A DNA stretch of 64,000 bases from an uncultured Thiotrichales bacterium. GTDB lineage: Bacteria; Pseudomonadota; Gammaproteobacteria; UBA4575. The first letter of the stretch is position 1. Each line of letters opens with the position of its first letter. Positions 44,316 to 53,465 of this stretch are shown in pieces. Location of the stretch: positions 14,760 to 78,759 of the forward strand of contig CAZAOO010000011.1 of the NCBI GenBank assembly GCA_964486815.1, in the 5' to 3' direction. The notes under the pieces were generated by a model. The model searched no databases, was not told the DNA's origin, and worked only from the letters and a program-made list of their open reading frames with translations. The position numbers and the translations under genes are program-made.

Positions 44316-44984
44316 TTATATGGTATTAGCTCGGTATTTAGCCAGATAGTTTTTAATTCTCTCGAGATATTCTGTATACATATTATTTGATTCCGAATAC
44401 GAGATAAGGTCATTTGCTTTTGCAACCGTTATTACCGATAAGCCTAGATCGCGTTCAACTTGTCCCACCGCTGACACTGCCATCAATGAGGCAGCTTCAT
44501 TCTCCTGGCTACGTTCTTCTCTATCAAAAGCGATTACTACACCTGTCGCTTTTGCGCCCGATTGGGCAATAATGTCAGCCGCCTCATTGATAGCGGTTCC
44601 AGCCGTTATTACATCATCGATTATTAATACTTTTCCACTAAGTTGTGCACCAACAATTTGTCCGCCATCACCATACTTTTTCACTTCTTTGCGGTTAAAT
44701 GCATAAGCATAATTCCTACCGTGATCACGTGACAGTGTCATCGCGACCGCCACAACTAAAGGTATACCCTTATAAGCAGGACCAAATAACATATCGAATT
44801 CTAAATTTGAATCAACTATGGCTTGCGCATAAAACTGGCTTAATTGGTGCAAAGCATTACCATCATTGAACAAACCGGCATTAAAAAAGTACGGACTGAC
44901 CCGTCCAGACTTAAGTGTGAATTCACCAAATTGTAATACGCCGTGCTCAACCGCAAATTGAATAAATTTAGAGCTATTTTTCAT
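44316..44984 (-). CDS. pyrE: orotate phosphoribosyltransferase
   Basis: FGEFTLKSGRVSPYFFNAGLF and PRTase motif VLIIDDVITAGTA. Confidence 0.9.
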   Translation of the reverse strand: MKNSSKFIQFAVEHGVLQFGEFTLKSGRVSPYFFNAGLFNDGNALHQLSQFYAQAIVDSNLEFDMLFGPAYKGIPLVVAVAMTLSRDHGRNYAYAFNRKEVKKYGDGGQIVGAQLSGKVLIIDDVITAGTAINEAADIIAQSGAKATGVVIAFDREERSQENEAASLMAVSAVGQVERDLGLSVITVAKANDLISYSESNNMYTEYLERIKNYLAKYRANTI

Positions 44985-45097
44985 TTCAATTTTTCTTACC
45001 AATTTCTCTGGCCAATTTTTCTGGGTAGATACTTTTATTGATTGATCTTTGCTAGTGTACTAAATACTAACTTTATCTGATCTAATCTCATTTATAT

Positions 45098-45868
45098 ATG
45101 CGCATCATCACTGTCAATGTTAACGGTATACGAGCTGCAGCTCGCAAAGGCTTCTTCGATTGGCTAGAAAAACAAAAAGCAGACATCGTCTGTATACAAG
45201 AAACCAAAGCGCAGATTCATCAGCTTGAAGAAAACCCGATCTATTTCCCCAAAGGCTACTTTTGCTATTACGTAGATGCCATAAAAAAAGGCTATAGCGG
45301 TGTAGCGATATACAGCAAGCATGAACCAAAAAAAGTGGTACAAAAATACGGTGATGAAGAATTTGATAATGAAGGGCGTTATTTGGAACTACAATTCGAT
45401 AATCTTGCAGTAGTTTCATTATACGCACCCTCCGGTTCTTCCAGCGAAGAAAGACAAGCAGCCAAATTCCGTTTCATGGAAACTTTTATGAATCATCTGA
45501 AAAGTTTAAAGCGACGCAAAAAGGAATACATAATTTGTGGGGATTGGAATATTGCCCATAAAGAAATCGACTTGAAAAACTGGCGAGGCAATAAGAAAAA
45601 CTCAGGCTTTTTACCTGAAGAACGCGCTTGGTTAGATAACTTATTTGATGATGAAGGCTATATAGATGTATTTAGAGAGATTAATCAAAAAGAAGATCAA
45701 TACACCTGGTGGTCGAACCGCGGACAGGCTTGGGCTAATAATGTTGGTTGGCGTATCGACTACCATATCGCTACACCAAAATTAAAAGCTACCGCCAAAA
45801 AAGTCAGCATCTATAAAGACCAACGCTTTTCTGATCATGCACCCTTGCTAATTGATTACGATCTATAG
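45098..45868 (+). CDS. crc: exonuclease III-fold (EEP) protein, Crc-like catabolite-repression-control homologue
   Basis: ExoIII fold motifs (NVNG, CIQETK, GDWNIAH, SDHAP); divergent from pyrE as crc is in Pseudomonas; KRRKKEYIICG / KNWR / PEERAWLD regions resemble Crc. Confidence 0.55.
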   Translation: MRIITVNVNGIRAAARKGFFDWLEKQKADIVCIQETKAQIHQLEENPIYFPKGYFCYYVDAIKKGYSGVAIYSKHEPKKVVQKYGDEEFDNEGRYLELQFDNLAVVSLYAPSGSSSEERQAAKFRFMETFMNHLKSLKRRKKEYIICGDWNIAHKEIDLKNWRGNKKNSGFLPEERAWLDNLFDDEGYIDVFREINQKEDQYTWWSNRGQAWANNVGWRIDYHIATPKLKATAKKVSIYKDQRFSDHAPLLIDYDL

Positions 45869-45870
45869 AT

Positions 45871-47220
45871 TTGAACACTCACCCCGAAAAAATTTCTTGG
45901 CTTGAAGCGCTGAGTGTTTATAAAGAAAAAAAGGTTTTGGCCATGCTGTTTCTCGGCTTCTCAGCCGGACTGCCACTTGTACTGGTTTTTGGAACCTTAT
46001 CTTACTGGTTGCGCAAAGAAGGTATAGATCGCACTACCATTGGTTACATTTCCTGGATCGCGCTGTTATATGGATTTAAATTCGTTTGGGCGCCATTTGT
46101 TGATCGCTTAAAAATTCCGTTGCTGGAAAAAACTTTTGGTCAACGCAGAAGTTGGATGTTATTGGCTCAAGCTGGAGTCATTATTGGCTTGTGGGCCATA
46201 GCTAGCACAAGTCCTACAGCTGATTTGAGTATGTTAGTTTGGTTTGCATTAATCGTTGCATTTTCATCAGCAACGCAAGATATCAGTATCGATGCCTGGC
46301 GAATTGAATCAGTACCGATTAATCAACAAGGCGCTATGGCCGGCACTTATCAACTTGGTTATCGTATCGGCATGCTATTAGCCGGTGCAGGAGCCTTTTT
46401 CATTGCCGGCAGTTTTTCCTGGAACATCGCCTATGCCACTATGGGTTGCGCAATGTTTATAGGCGTGATCACTACTTTCATCATTAGCGAACCAGCAAAA
46501 ATTATTACTCAAGATACCTGGAAAAACGAACAGCGCGTTATTGATTTTCTGCAAGACTCAACACATTTGCCTGAAGTAATTCGCAAGCCTATAGCCTGGT
46601 TGCTAGGTGCAGTAGTCTGCCCGTTTGTAGATTTTTTTACGCGTAACGGCGCAGCAGCTGCATTAATCATACTTACTTTTATCAGCATTTTTAAAATGAG
46701 CGATATTACTATGGGTGTGATGGCAGGACCGTTTTATGCCGACATGCAATATACCGAGCATCAAATTGCCTGGGCATCAAAAACTTTTGGATTAGTCGTT
46801 ACAATTCTTGGCGCATTGTTTGGAGGGGTACTAGTGATGCGCTATGGAGTAATGCGCATGATGATAGTCTCTGCATTATTGGTGGCGATTACAAATTTAA
46901 TTTTTGCCTGGCTAGCCACACAAAAACCAGAAATGCTTCCACTGGTTTTAGTAATAAGTGCAGATAACTTAAGTGGTGGCATTGCGGGTACCAGTTTTAT
47001 TGCCTACTTATCCAGCTTAACTAACCGTGCTTATACCGCCACTCAATATGCACTGTTTAGTTCCTTCGCTGTACTATTGCCCAAGCTAATCGGTGGATTT
47101 TCCGGCAAAGTGGTTGATTCATATGGATATATCGACTTTTTTATCTATGCTGCCGTTTTAGGCGTGCCGGCAATACTGTTATCGAGCTATCTCTGGTACA
47201 AGCATTACCATCAGGCATAA
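45871..47220 (+). CDS. ampG: AmpG-family MFS permease (muropeptide transporter)
   Basis: LGFSAGLPLVLVFGTLSYWLRKEGID...FKFVWAPFVDR, about 12-14 transmembrane helices. Confidence 0.7.
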   Translation: MNTHPEKISWLEALSVYKEKKVLAMLFLGFSAGLPLVLVFGTLSYWLRKEGIDRTTIGYISWIALLYGFKFVWAPFVDRLKIPLLEKTFGQRRSWMLLAQAGVIIGLWAIASTSPTADLSMLVWFALIVAFSSATQDISIDAWRIESVPINQQGAMAGTYQLGYRIGMLLAGAGAFFIAGSFSWNIAYATMGCAMFIGVITTFIISEPAKIITQDTWKNEQRVIDFLQDSTHLPEVIRKPIAWLLGAVVCPFVDFFTRNGAAAALIILTFISIFKMSDITMGVMAGPFYADMQYTEHQIAWASKTFGLVVTILGALFGGVLVMRYGVMRMMIVSALLVAITNLIFAWLATQKPEMLPLVLVISADNLSGGIAGTSFIAYLSSLTNRAYTATQYALFSSFAVLLPKLIGGFSGKVVDSYGYIDFFIYAAVLGVPAILLSSYLWYKHYHQA

Positions 47221-47301
47221 TAATCAAGAAACTCTAATGTTTTTGAACAAAGCAAATGAGTCTGGGTCGAAATCAATAATAATATTCCTCGGGAGTCGGT
47301 T

Positions 47302-48042
47302 ATGAATTATAAATTTAAATGGTTAACTATTGCGTTTTTTACAGTTTTGCTAACAGGAAATTTACAAGCAGGCTGGCTAGATAAGGCTAAAGATTTATTA
47401 AATGAATCTGGCGTTAGCACTTCAACATCCGCAAGCAATCTAACGGATGGCGAAATTACTTCCGGCCTTAAAGAAGCGTTAAGTGTAGGCTCCGACTTAG
47501 TCGTAAATCAACTCGGTGTTAGTAATGGCTTTAATGCTGATCCAAATATTCGTATTCCACTGCCCAATAGCTTGAAGAAAGTACAGTCCACCCTGGAAAA
47601 GGTCGGCATGAGCGGAATGCTGGATGATTTGGAAATACGCTTAAATAGAGCAGCAGAAATTGCAACGCCAAAAGCCAAAGAATTATTCAAAAATGCCATC
47701 TCTGCGATGACATTAGATGATGCTCGCAACATCCTGACTGGTGAAAACGATGCAGCCACACGTTACTTTCAAGCAAAAATGACTCCTGATCTAGTTACTG
47801 AATTCACGCCTATAGTAAATGACAGTCTTGCTGAGGCAGGTGCTATAAAAAGTTATGATAATGCAATTGGGCAATATAAAAAACTTCCTTTAGTTCCTGA
47901 TGCAAAAGCAGATTTAAGTAGTTATGTAGTAGAAAAAGGTATGGATGGAATCTTCCATTATCTTGCAGTTGAAGAAGCAAAAATCAGAACCAATCCTGTT
48001 GCGCGCACAACAGATTTATTAAAAAAAGTATTTGCTAAATAA
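47302..48042 (+). CDS. DUF4197-family periplasmic protein
   Basis: Signal peptide plus ITSGLKEALSVG motif. Confidence 0.5.
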   Translation: MNYKFKWLTIAFFTVLLTGNLQAGWLDKAKDLLNESGVSTSTSASNLTDGEITSGLKEALSVGSDLVVNQLGVSNGFNADPNIRIPLPNSLKKVQSTLEKVGMSGMLDDLEIRLNRAAEIATPKAKELFKNAISAMTLDDARNILTGENDAATRYFQAKMTPDLVTEFTPIVNDSLAEAGAIKSYDNAIGQYKKLPLVPDAKADLSSYVVEKGMDGIFHYLAVEEAKIRTNPVARTTDLLKKVFAK

Positions 48043-48061
48043 TTTACTAATATGCAAGTCA

Positions 48062-49069
48062 TCAGCTTTCAATAAAATTAATCTCATTAAAAAGTTTTTT
48101 AAGTTTTAAGCCCTTATTTACATTCAAGCGAGCAACATGATTTATTTTACCCAATAGGTGTTCTTTATAGTTTATATGGTTATTTATATTTTGGCTTAAA
48201 GGGCCAAAGCGAATACAATTATATAGTGTCGCTTTTAGTTTATCGTAATAACGACGATCAATATTCGTAAAACGATTTACCACAAGACCTGTAATTTTTT
48301 GCGCTCTGCTCTGTGTCATTATTCGGCTTTTATGGTGATTTAGTATAAAACCCTCTTCATAGCAAATTGATCAAACCACTGTTTCTAAAAATCTCCAATC
48401 CCGTTCATGATTACTAGAAAATGAAAGATCATCAGCATATCTTGAATAACTTAAATTTAAGCTTTTAGCTAGGCCAAAAAGACGGCAATCTAATACTCTT
48501 GTAACAGCATTAGCAATAGCTGGAGATGTGGGTGATCCCTGCGGCAAATGCCGCTTTGATAACAAATTTATTTGCTTTTCGTCAATGCACGGCTGGTGTA
48601 ATCTTTCACTATTACAAGTGTGAGTACTCAGGCCGCAAAGTATTTGAGCAACTTTTCCCTCATATCCAATATATCGATAAAATCGATATACTTTTTGCCA
48701 ACTAATTGACTGAAAGTAATTTTCAATATCGAAACAAATTACATATTTTTTATTTGTATGTATATCTGCATGCTTAATGCAATCTAATTGTTTTCTAAAC
48801 CCCATTGCAGCATCGTGGATTGCAGCATATACGACAATCTGGTCTAGAATTTTTCTTTGAATTACTTTTAAATTTACTTTTGGTGCCTCTATTACTCGGG
48901 TTCTAGTTCTCTTTTTCTCTTGCGTAAAATAATTGTAGTGAAGTAATTTTTTTGCCCTAAGTTTTGAAGAACGCCATAGGTCTGCATGCCAATTCAATTC
49001 GTTAGGATTCAAACCCAACCATACTGCTAAATCACTCTTGTTATCTAGTTTTGGTAAATTTGGGCGCAA
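48062..49069 (-). pseudogene. retron-type reverse transcriptase interrupted by one in-frame TGA (codons 48371-48373); all other RT motifs intact
   Basis: Upstream ORF carries RT motifs HDAAMGF, FDIENYFQSI, LPQGSPTSPAIANAV and YSRYADD. Downstream ORF carries the retron-type KITGLVVN (VTG) region. (49069-48319) is divisible by 3, so both ORFs share one frame separated by TGA plus 17 sense codons. Confidence 0.7.
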
Positions 49070-49500
49070 TAATTCTGAGCTTTTTATACGCTCCAGATTA
49101 ATAGAAATGACCAGTGGTTTTATCCTATAATATTTAAACCAATTTTTAATAAAGATGAATCACATCTGCAATATCATCTGGTAAGTCTTTTGTAACTAAA
49201 ATACAAGCTGATAACAGAGTACTGTAATACCATTTACTAGAATATAGATGTTCGCTGAGATGCTTTACGAAAAGCTGTTGGCTTACGTTTGTCATTTCAC
49301 ACTTTATTGATAGAATTTAGTGGCACCCAACCCCTAACAACGCGTGTACATGATTGCATATGATGCAACGTCGTACATGCAACGAAATGTCAACAAATCA
49401 TTACCTTGGGGTTACCCAAAGCCCCTAATTTTAGGGAAATGCTTGAATGCCTTATAAACATAGCTAGCACATATTAAAAGGTCAATGATGAATTAAGTTT
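49070..49500 (-). ncRNA. candidate retron msr/msd non-coding region upstream of the RT (repeat- and palindrome-rich)
   Basis: 430 bp with no ORF. Direct repeat acccaa(ag)cccctaa at about 49325-49337 and 49414-49428; palindromes ttgcat-atg-atgcaa at about 49354-49368 and ccctaa-tt-ttaggg at about 49422-49435; repeated atgcaacg and gtacatg units. Confidence 0.3.
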
Positions 49501-50043
49501 TTATGGAATAATTTCTATTGGGGTGCCGTCTTCCACCGCATTCCAAATTTCGTCCATTTCATGATTCTGAACCGCGATACAACCTTCGGTCCAATCGTCT
49601 TCTTTGAATAGCAGTTTGGTTTTTTCAACCCAACTGCTTGGTTGGCCATGAATCATGATCGCACCACCCGGAGTATCACCACGTTCACGAGCATTGCGGT
49701 GATCAGACTTACTCGGGTATGAGACGTGAATCGATCGATAGAACTTACTATTCGGGTTACGCCAATCTAAGGTGTATAAACCTTCTGGGGTGCGTGAATC
49801 ACCTTCGCGTGACTTATGTCCGTCAGGCTGTTTGCCAAGAGCAATTCTATAGGTTTTTAAAACTTCGCTGCCACGATAAAGATATAACTTGCGTTCAGAC
49901 TTTTTAACCACAACATAGTCAGCCTTATCAATAAGGGTTGCATCGGTGGATGCGGTTACCATGCTATTCAATAAAATCGATATGCAGTACAACACGCTAA
50001 TAAGAATTTTGATAATATTTCGCGCTTTTAAAAAAAATTTCAC
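49501..50043 (-). CDS. L,D-transpeptidase (YkuD domain), secreted
   Basis: Signal peptide plus catalytic HGQP...GCIAV motif. Confidence 0.8.
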   Translation of the reverse strand: MKFFLKARNIIKILISVLYCISILLNSMVTASTDATLIDKADYVVVKKSERKLYLYRGSEVLKTYRIALGKQPDGHKSREGDSRTPEGLYTLDWRNPNSKFYRSIHVSYPSKSDHRNARERGDTPGGAIMIHGQPSSWVEKTKLLFKEDDWTEGCIAVQNHEMDEIWNAVEDGTPIEIIP

Positions 50044-50111
50044 GGTTACACTCTCTAGTTATATACATGGTACAGAAAGCGTGGCAAGACTATATTGCCT
50101 ACCGTTTTATT

Positions 50112-50750
50112 CTACGGCTGACTGCGCTTACTTTTCACCCATTTTATGATGGGCTCCCACATTTCACGGTCAAGCTCGGTAGCACCAGGTGCCATCTCAA
50201 AAATGCCTAGGCCACGTTCTGCGGCTTTAATGTAGTTCTGACTATCTCGCAACATGGTTAAAAAAGGAATGCGTTGTTTGCTCAGCAAGTCATCCAACTC
50301 CCAATAAATATTAGTGTAGTCGCGTGAACGGTTTGCAATCAGTGCAAGTTTGGCTTTTTTGTTTTGTACAGGTGATGATTTCTTAATTTCGGCAATAAAG
50401 TCGGTAACTGCACGCATATCGATTGGCGAAGGTAATACCGGGATTAAAATAGTTTCTGCTTTATTCAGCATTTTACTTAAGTTGCCGCCATGCATGCCTG
50501 CAGGGGCATCATGAATCACAAAATCGGTGTTTCGGCTGGGGCGCTTGGCACTTTTTTTGAATGCCGCTATGCCTTCAATCGGCGAACGAGCAGAAGAACG
50601 TGCCGCTAGCCATGCCATGCTACTGCCTTGCTGATCATAATCCATCATCACCACTTTTTTATTTTGCGAAACAAAATATGAAGCCAAATTAGTTGCCACA
50701 GTGGATTTTCCAGAGCCACCCTTTGAATTAATCACCATAATGTTGCGCAT
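50112..50750 (-). CDS. ParA/MinD-family P-loop ATPase (orphan)
   Basis: MVINSKGGSGKST deviant Walker A; 212 aa. Confidence 0.75.
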   Translation of the reverse strand: MRNIMVINSKGGSGKSTVATNLASYFVSQNKKVVMMDYDQQGSSMAWLAARSSARSPIEGIAAFKKSAKRPSRNTDFVIHDAPAGMHGGNLSKMLNKAETILIPVLPSPIDMRAVTDFIAEIKKSSPVQNKKAKLALIANRSRDYTNIYWELDDLLSKQRIPFLTMLRDSQNYIKAAERGLGIFEMAPGATELDREMWEPIIKWVKSKRSQP

Positions 50751-51040
50751 TTTTTAAACACCTCACGTATGTAGATTGGTAGATGAAGTTTGTCTTAACT
50801 GCGCCTACATTCCAAGTGTAATTACCAATGCAATTACCGAGCTCAATTAACTCTTGCTGCATACTAAATGCCTGAAGCATACATCTTCAGCTTTTCATGC
50901 TAATTTGAAGCCTTAATCTAGGGGTCAAATAACGATGAGAATTAGAGCATTAGATTGTAGTGACAACTTCGATTATGCTGCCGTTATATTTATATTTTAT
51001 GGATTTTCAAGAAAGTTAGCTGCAAATCAAAGAATGATGT

Positions 51041-51805
51041 CTACATAAACTCGGCTATTACTGGAGCATGATCTGACGGCCTTTCGTTACTCCTGGGGGC
51101 TTTATCCACCACACTGAAGTTACAACTCGCTTCCATGGAGGTGCTAGCAAGGATGAGATCAATCCTTAAACCAAGGTTTCTAGGAAAGCCACCCGCTCGA
51201 TAATCCCACCAGCTAAAGGTGTTTTCTTCCTGGTCAAATAACCTAAATGTATCAACAAAACCTAAATCCGTGATGTTCTTAAGAGCTGCACGCTCTTTAC
51301 TGCTGCATAAGATTTTATCTTTCCAGGCAATCGGATCATGTACGTCTATGTCCTCAGGGGCAATATTAAAATCACCCAATACCACATAATTTGAGTATTT
51401 TTTAAGCTCATTTTTAATAAAGGCGGTTACTTTTTCTAGCCAATCTAATTTGTAATCAAATTTATCTGAGCCCACTGCTTTCCCGTTCACTACATATAGA
51501 TTCAAGACACGTACATCGTCTACGGTAACCGCGAGTATTCTGCGTTGCGGATCATCCAAGCCTTTTACATCTTTAACAACATCACTTGCCTCAAGTTTGG
51601 AAAGCACTGCTACACCGTTATAGGTCTTTTGGCCCGAGTACTGAACTTGATAACCGGCTTGCTGAATTTCATCTACTGGAAAATCTTCATCCACCATTTT
51701 GGTTTCTTGTAGAGCAAGCACATCAACCTGATTGTCTTCGAGCCACTCCAATACTTGCGGTAATCGAACTCTTAATGAATTAACGTTCCAAGAAGCAATT
51801 TTCAT
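51041..51805 (-). CDS. xthA: exodeoxyribonuclease III
   Basis: WNVNS, LALQETK, VLGDFNIAPEDID, SDHAPVIAEF; all catalytic motifs present. Confidence 0.85.
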   Translation of the reverse strand: MKIASWNVNSLRVRLPQVLEWLEDNQVDVLALQETKMVDEDFPVDEIQQAGYQVQYSGQKTYNGVAVLSKLEASDVVKDVKGLDDPQRRILAVTVDDVRVLNLYVVNGKAVGSDKFDYKLDWLEKVTAFIKNELKKYSNYVVLGDFNIAPEDIDVHDPIAWKDKILCSSKERAALKNITDLGFVDTFRLFDQEENTFSWWDYRAGGFPRNLGLRIDLILASTSMEASCNFSVVDKAPRSNERPSDHAPVIAEFM

Positions 51806-51828
51806 AATAGTTAAGCTTTTTAATTAAC

Positions 51829-52473
51829 TCACAAGCGAAAACCATGCAGTCTTTTTTTCATTCGCCAGGAAGAAACCTTTAGCCCGAACAAAAAGCTAAC
51901 CAGCAAAAATACAGCCCCCAGTCCTAGCGACCATTTATTTAATTCCAGTATTATTATAGGTTTGTTGCCTTGATTGTCAGCTGTCACTGATGTAGACGAC
52001 CCAATTTGCGAAACATTTTTGTCGGCTAATTGTTTTTGTAATGTTTGATTGTTTTCTTGTAACGAAGATAGCTCTGCCTGTAGTTCCGTAACTTGGACAT
52101 TTGCAGCCTCACTAGATGAACTAGCACTATTCGACTGTGCCTCATTTCTTAGCTTTACAAGCTCCGCCTCTAGCTGTTTGTTGTTCTCGCTAACAGAAAA
52201 ATAAAGTAGTTTTGCGGGTGGGTCTTCTACCAGGAATGCCGATTTAACCCAACCAACTGTGACGTCATTGGTTGTTACCTGGGTAAAACCACCTTCAGTA
52301 GCAAAAACTTCAACGGAGTCGCCACTATTTATTGTCTGTAAAAGTTCACTATCCGCACTGGCGCTTGAATAAATGCGTAGCTGCAATGAGTCGGTTACAT
52401 ATGCAAATTCTTGTGCATGTAAAGACGCACTAAAAATTACAAAGTAAATGAAAATGTAAAAAGAATTTTTCAT
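51829..52473 (-). CDS. SH3-domain membrane-anchored protein (YgiM/TIGR04211-like)
   Basis: Signal peptide, SH3b-like region, coiled coil and a C-terminal transmembrane helix. Confidence 0.5.
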   Translation of the reverse strand: MKNSFYIFIYFVIFSASLHAQEFAYVTDSLQLRIYSSASADSELLQTINSGDSVEVFATEGGFTQVTTNDVTVGWVKSAFLVEDPPAKLLYFSVSENNKQLEAELVKLRNEAQSNSASSSSEAANVQVTELQAELSSLQENNQTLQKQLADKNVSQIGSSTSVTADNQGNKPIIILELNKWSLGLGAVFLLVSFLFGLKVSSWRMKKRLHGFRL

Positions 52474-52509
52474 TGCTAAGTATTATGCCTCAACTAATTA
52501 GGCTATGAA

Positions 52510-53427
52510 TCAAATCTTGCCGATTAGTTTTAAAAAAGTACTGGCTGTTAAAACGACAAATAAAAATGCAAGCCCTGCAGAAATAATGCGGTTTTTACGT
52601 GTCATATGTGTTTCAGATTTTGATGAGAGTAAAAATGGCTGGTACTTATTTGTCTGAGGCTTTCTTAGAACATGCATAGGCTTAGGTAATGGGCTTGATA
52701 AGCGTTGTTCGATAACAACTTTTTTTGCATCCATCCGTGCTTGTTCCCACTCCTCTGCATCAATTTGGCCATCCCGATTTAAATCATAAGTTGCAAGTTT
52801 TTCTTTGTCTTGTTTCAGTTCGCGTAAATATGCTTTTTTAGCCTCTTTTAGGTTATCTTCATTTCCAGTCCCTATGGAATTGTATTGGCCTATCACATAT
52901 AAAAACTCATATTGATCTATACGTTGTTCAGTATAACGATACTTCTTGCCTGATTGAAAAATAGCACCACTCAAAATATCTAACGGTGAAGTGTGTACTG
53001 CAGGTGTTAAACGCTTAGATCCATACCAAGTATTTGAAGAGCTAGGTGTTACGTTTGCCCCATCAGGATCAATCAAACAAGTGCCAGTATCATCTTCTAA
53101 TGTAAACAACCCATCACTTACTCCACTATCAACGCTGCGCCACTTTTGTTTTGAATGACTGACATATTCTTCAACGGTATACGCATACCAAACACAAGGC
53201 TGTCCACTTAATGGTGCACGAATTTCTGGTCCATCTATCCATTTAGCTGTTCCGTGAAGTTCTACATATCCTTGGGGACAGGAGCGAATCTTTGAGGTGG
53301 GCATGTCCTCAATTAAACGTGCCCGATGAAACATTCGTAATGCAGCAAGTAGGCATATCACTGCACCAATAAATAATGCAGTTACTAAAAACCAATCGCC
53401 ACCACTTAAGCGAGTAAGTTCTTGCAC
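52510..53427 (-). CDS. GIDE-domain membrane protein with an EF-hand-like calcium-binding loop
   Basis: N- and C-terminal transmembrane helices; Cys/Trp pattern of GIDE (CPQGYVELHG...CVWY); DLNRDGQIDAEE 12-residue EF-hand loop at about 52750-52785. Confidence 0.5.
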   Translation of the reverse strand: MQELTRLSGGDWFLVTALFIGAVICLLAALRMFHRARLIEDMPTSKIRSCPQGYVELHGTAKWIDGPEIRAPLSGQPCVWYAYTVEEYVSHSKQKWRSVDSGVSDGLFTLEDDTGTCLIDPDGANVTPSSSNTWYGSKRLTPAVHTSPLDILSGAIFQSGKKYRYTEQRIDQYEFLYVIGQYNSIGTGNEDNLKEAKKAYLRELKQDKEKLATYDLNRDGQIDAEEWEQARMDAKKVVIEQRLSSPLPKPMHVLRKPQTNKYQPFLLSSKSETHMTRKNRIISAGLAFLFVVLTASTFLKLIGKI

Positions 53428-53465
53428 AGATGTACTATTGTTTAAATTAACGAGGCCGCAACAAT

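Noticed and set aside
48062-49069. Group II intron or diversity-generating retroelement interpretation of the RT
   Set aside because: The size (about 335 aa) is too small for an intron maturase with X/En domains. No intron RNA domains V/VI or a DGR template/variable repeat pair were seen nearby. The VTG-type motif favours a retron. This remains to be confirmed by profile search.
50751-51040. Small hairpin (ctgaag-catacat-cttcag) in the ParA-xthA spacer, considered as an sRNA or terminator
   Set aside because: The stem is only 6 bp with no following T-run, so the evidence is insufficient.
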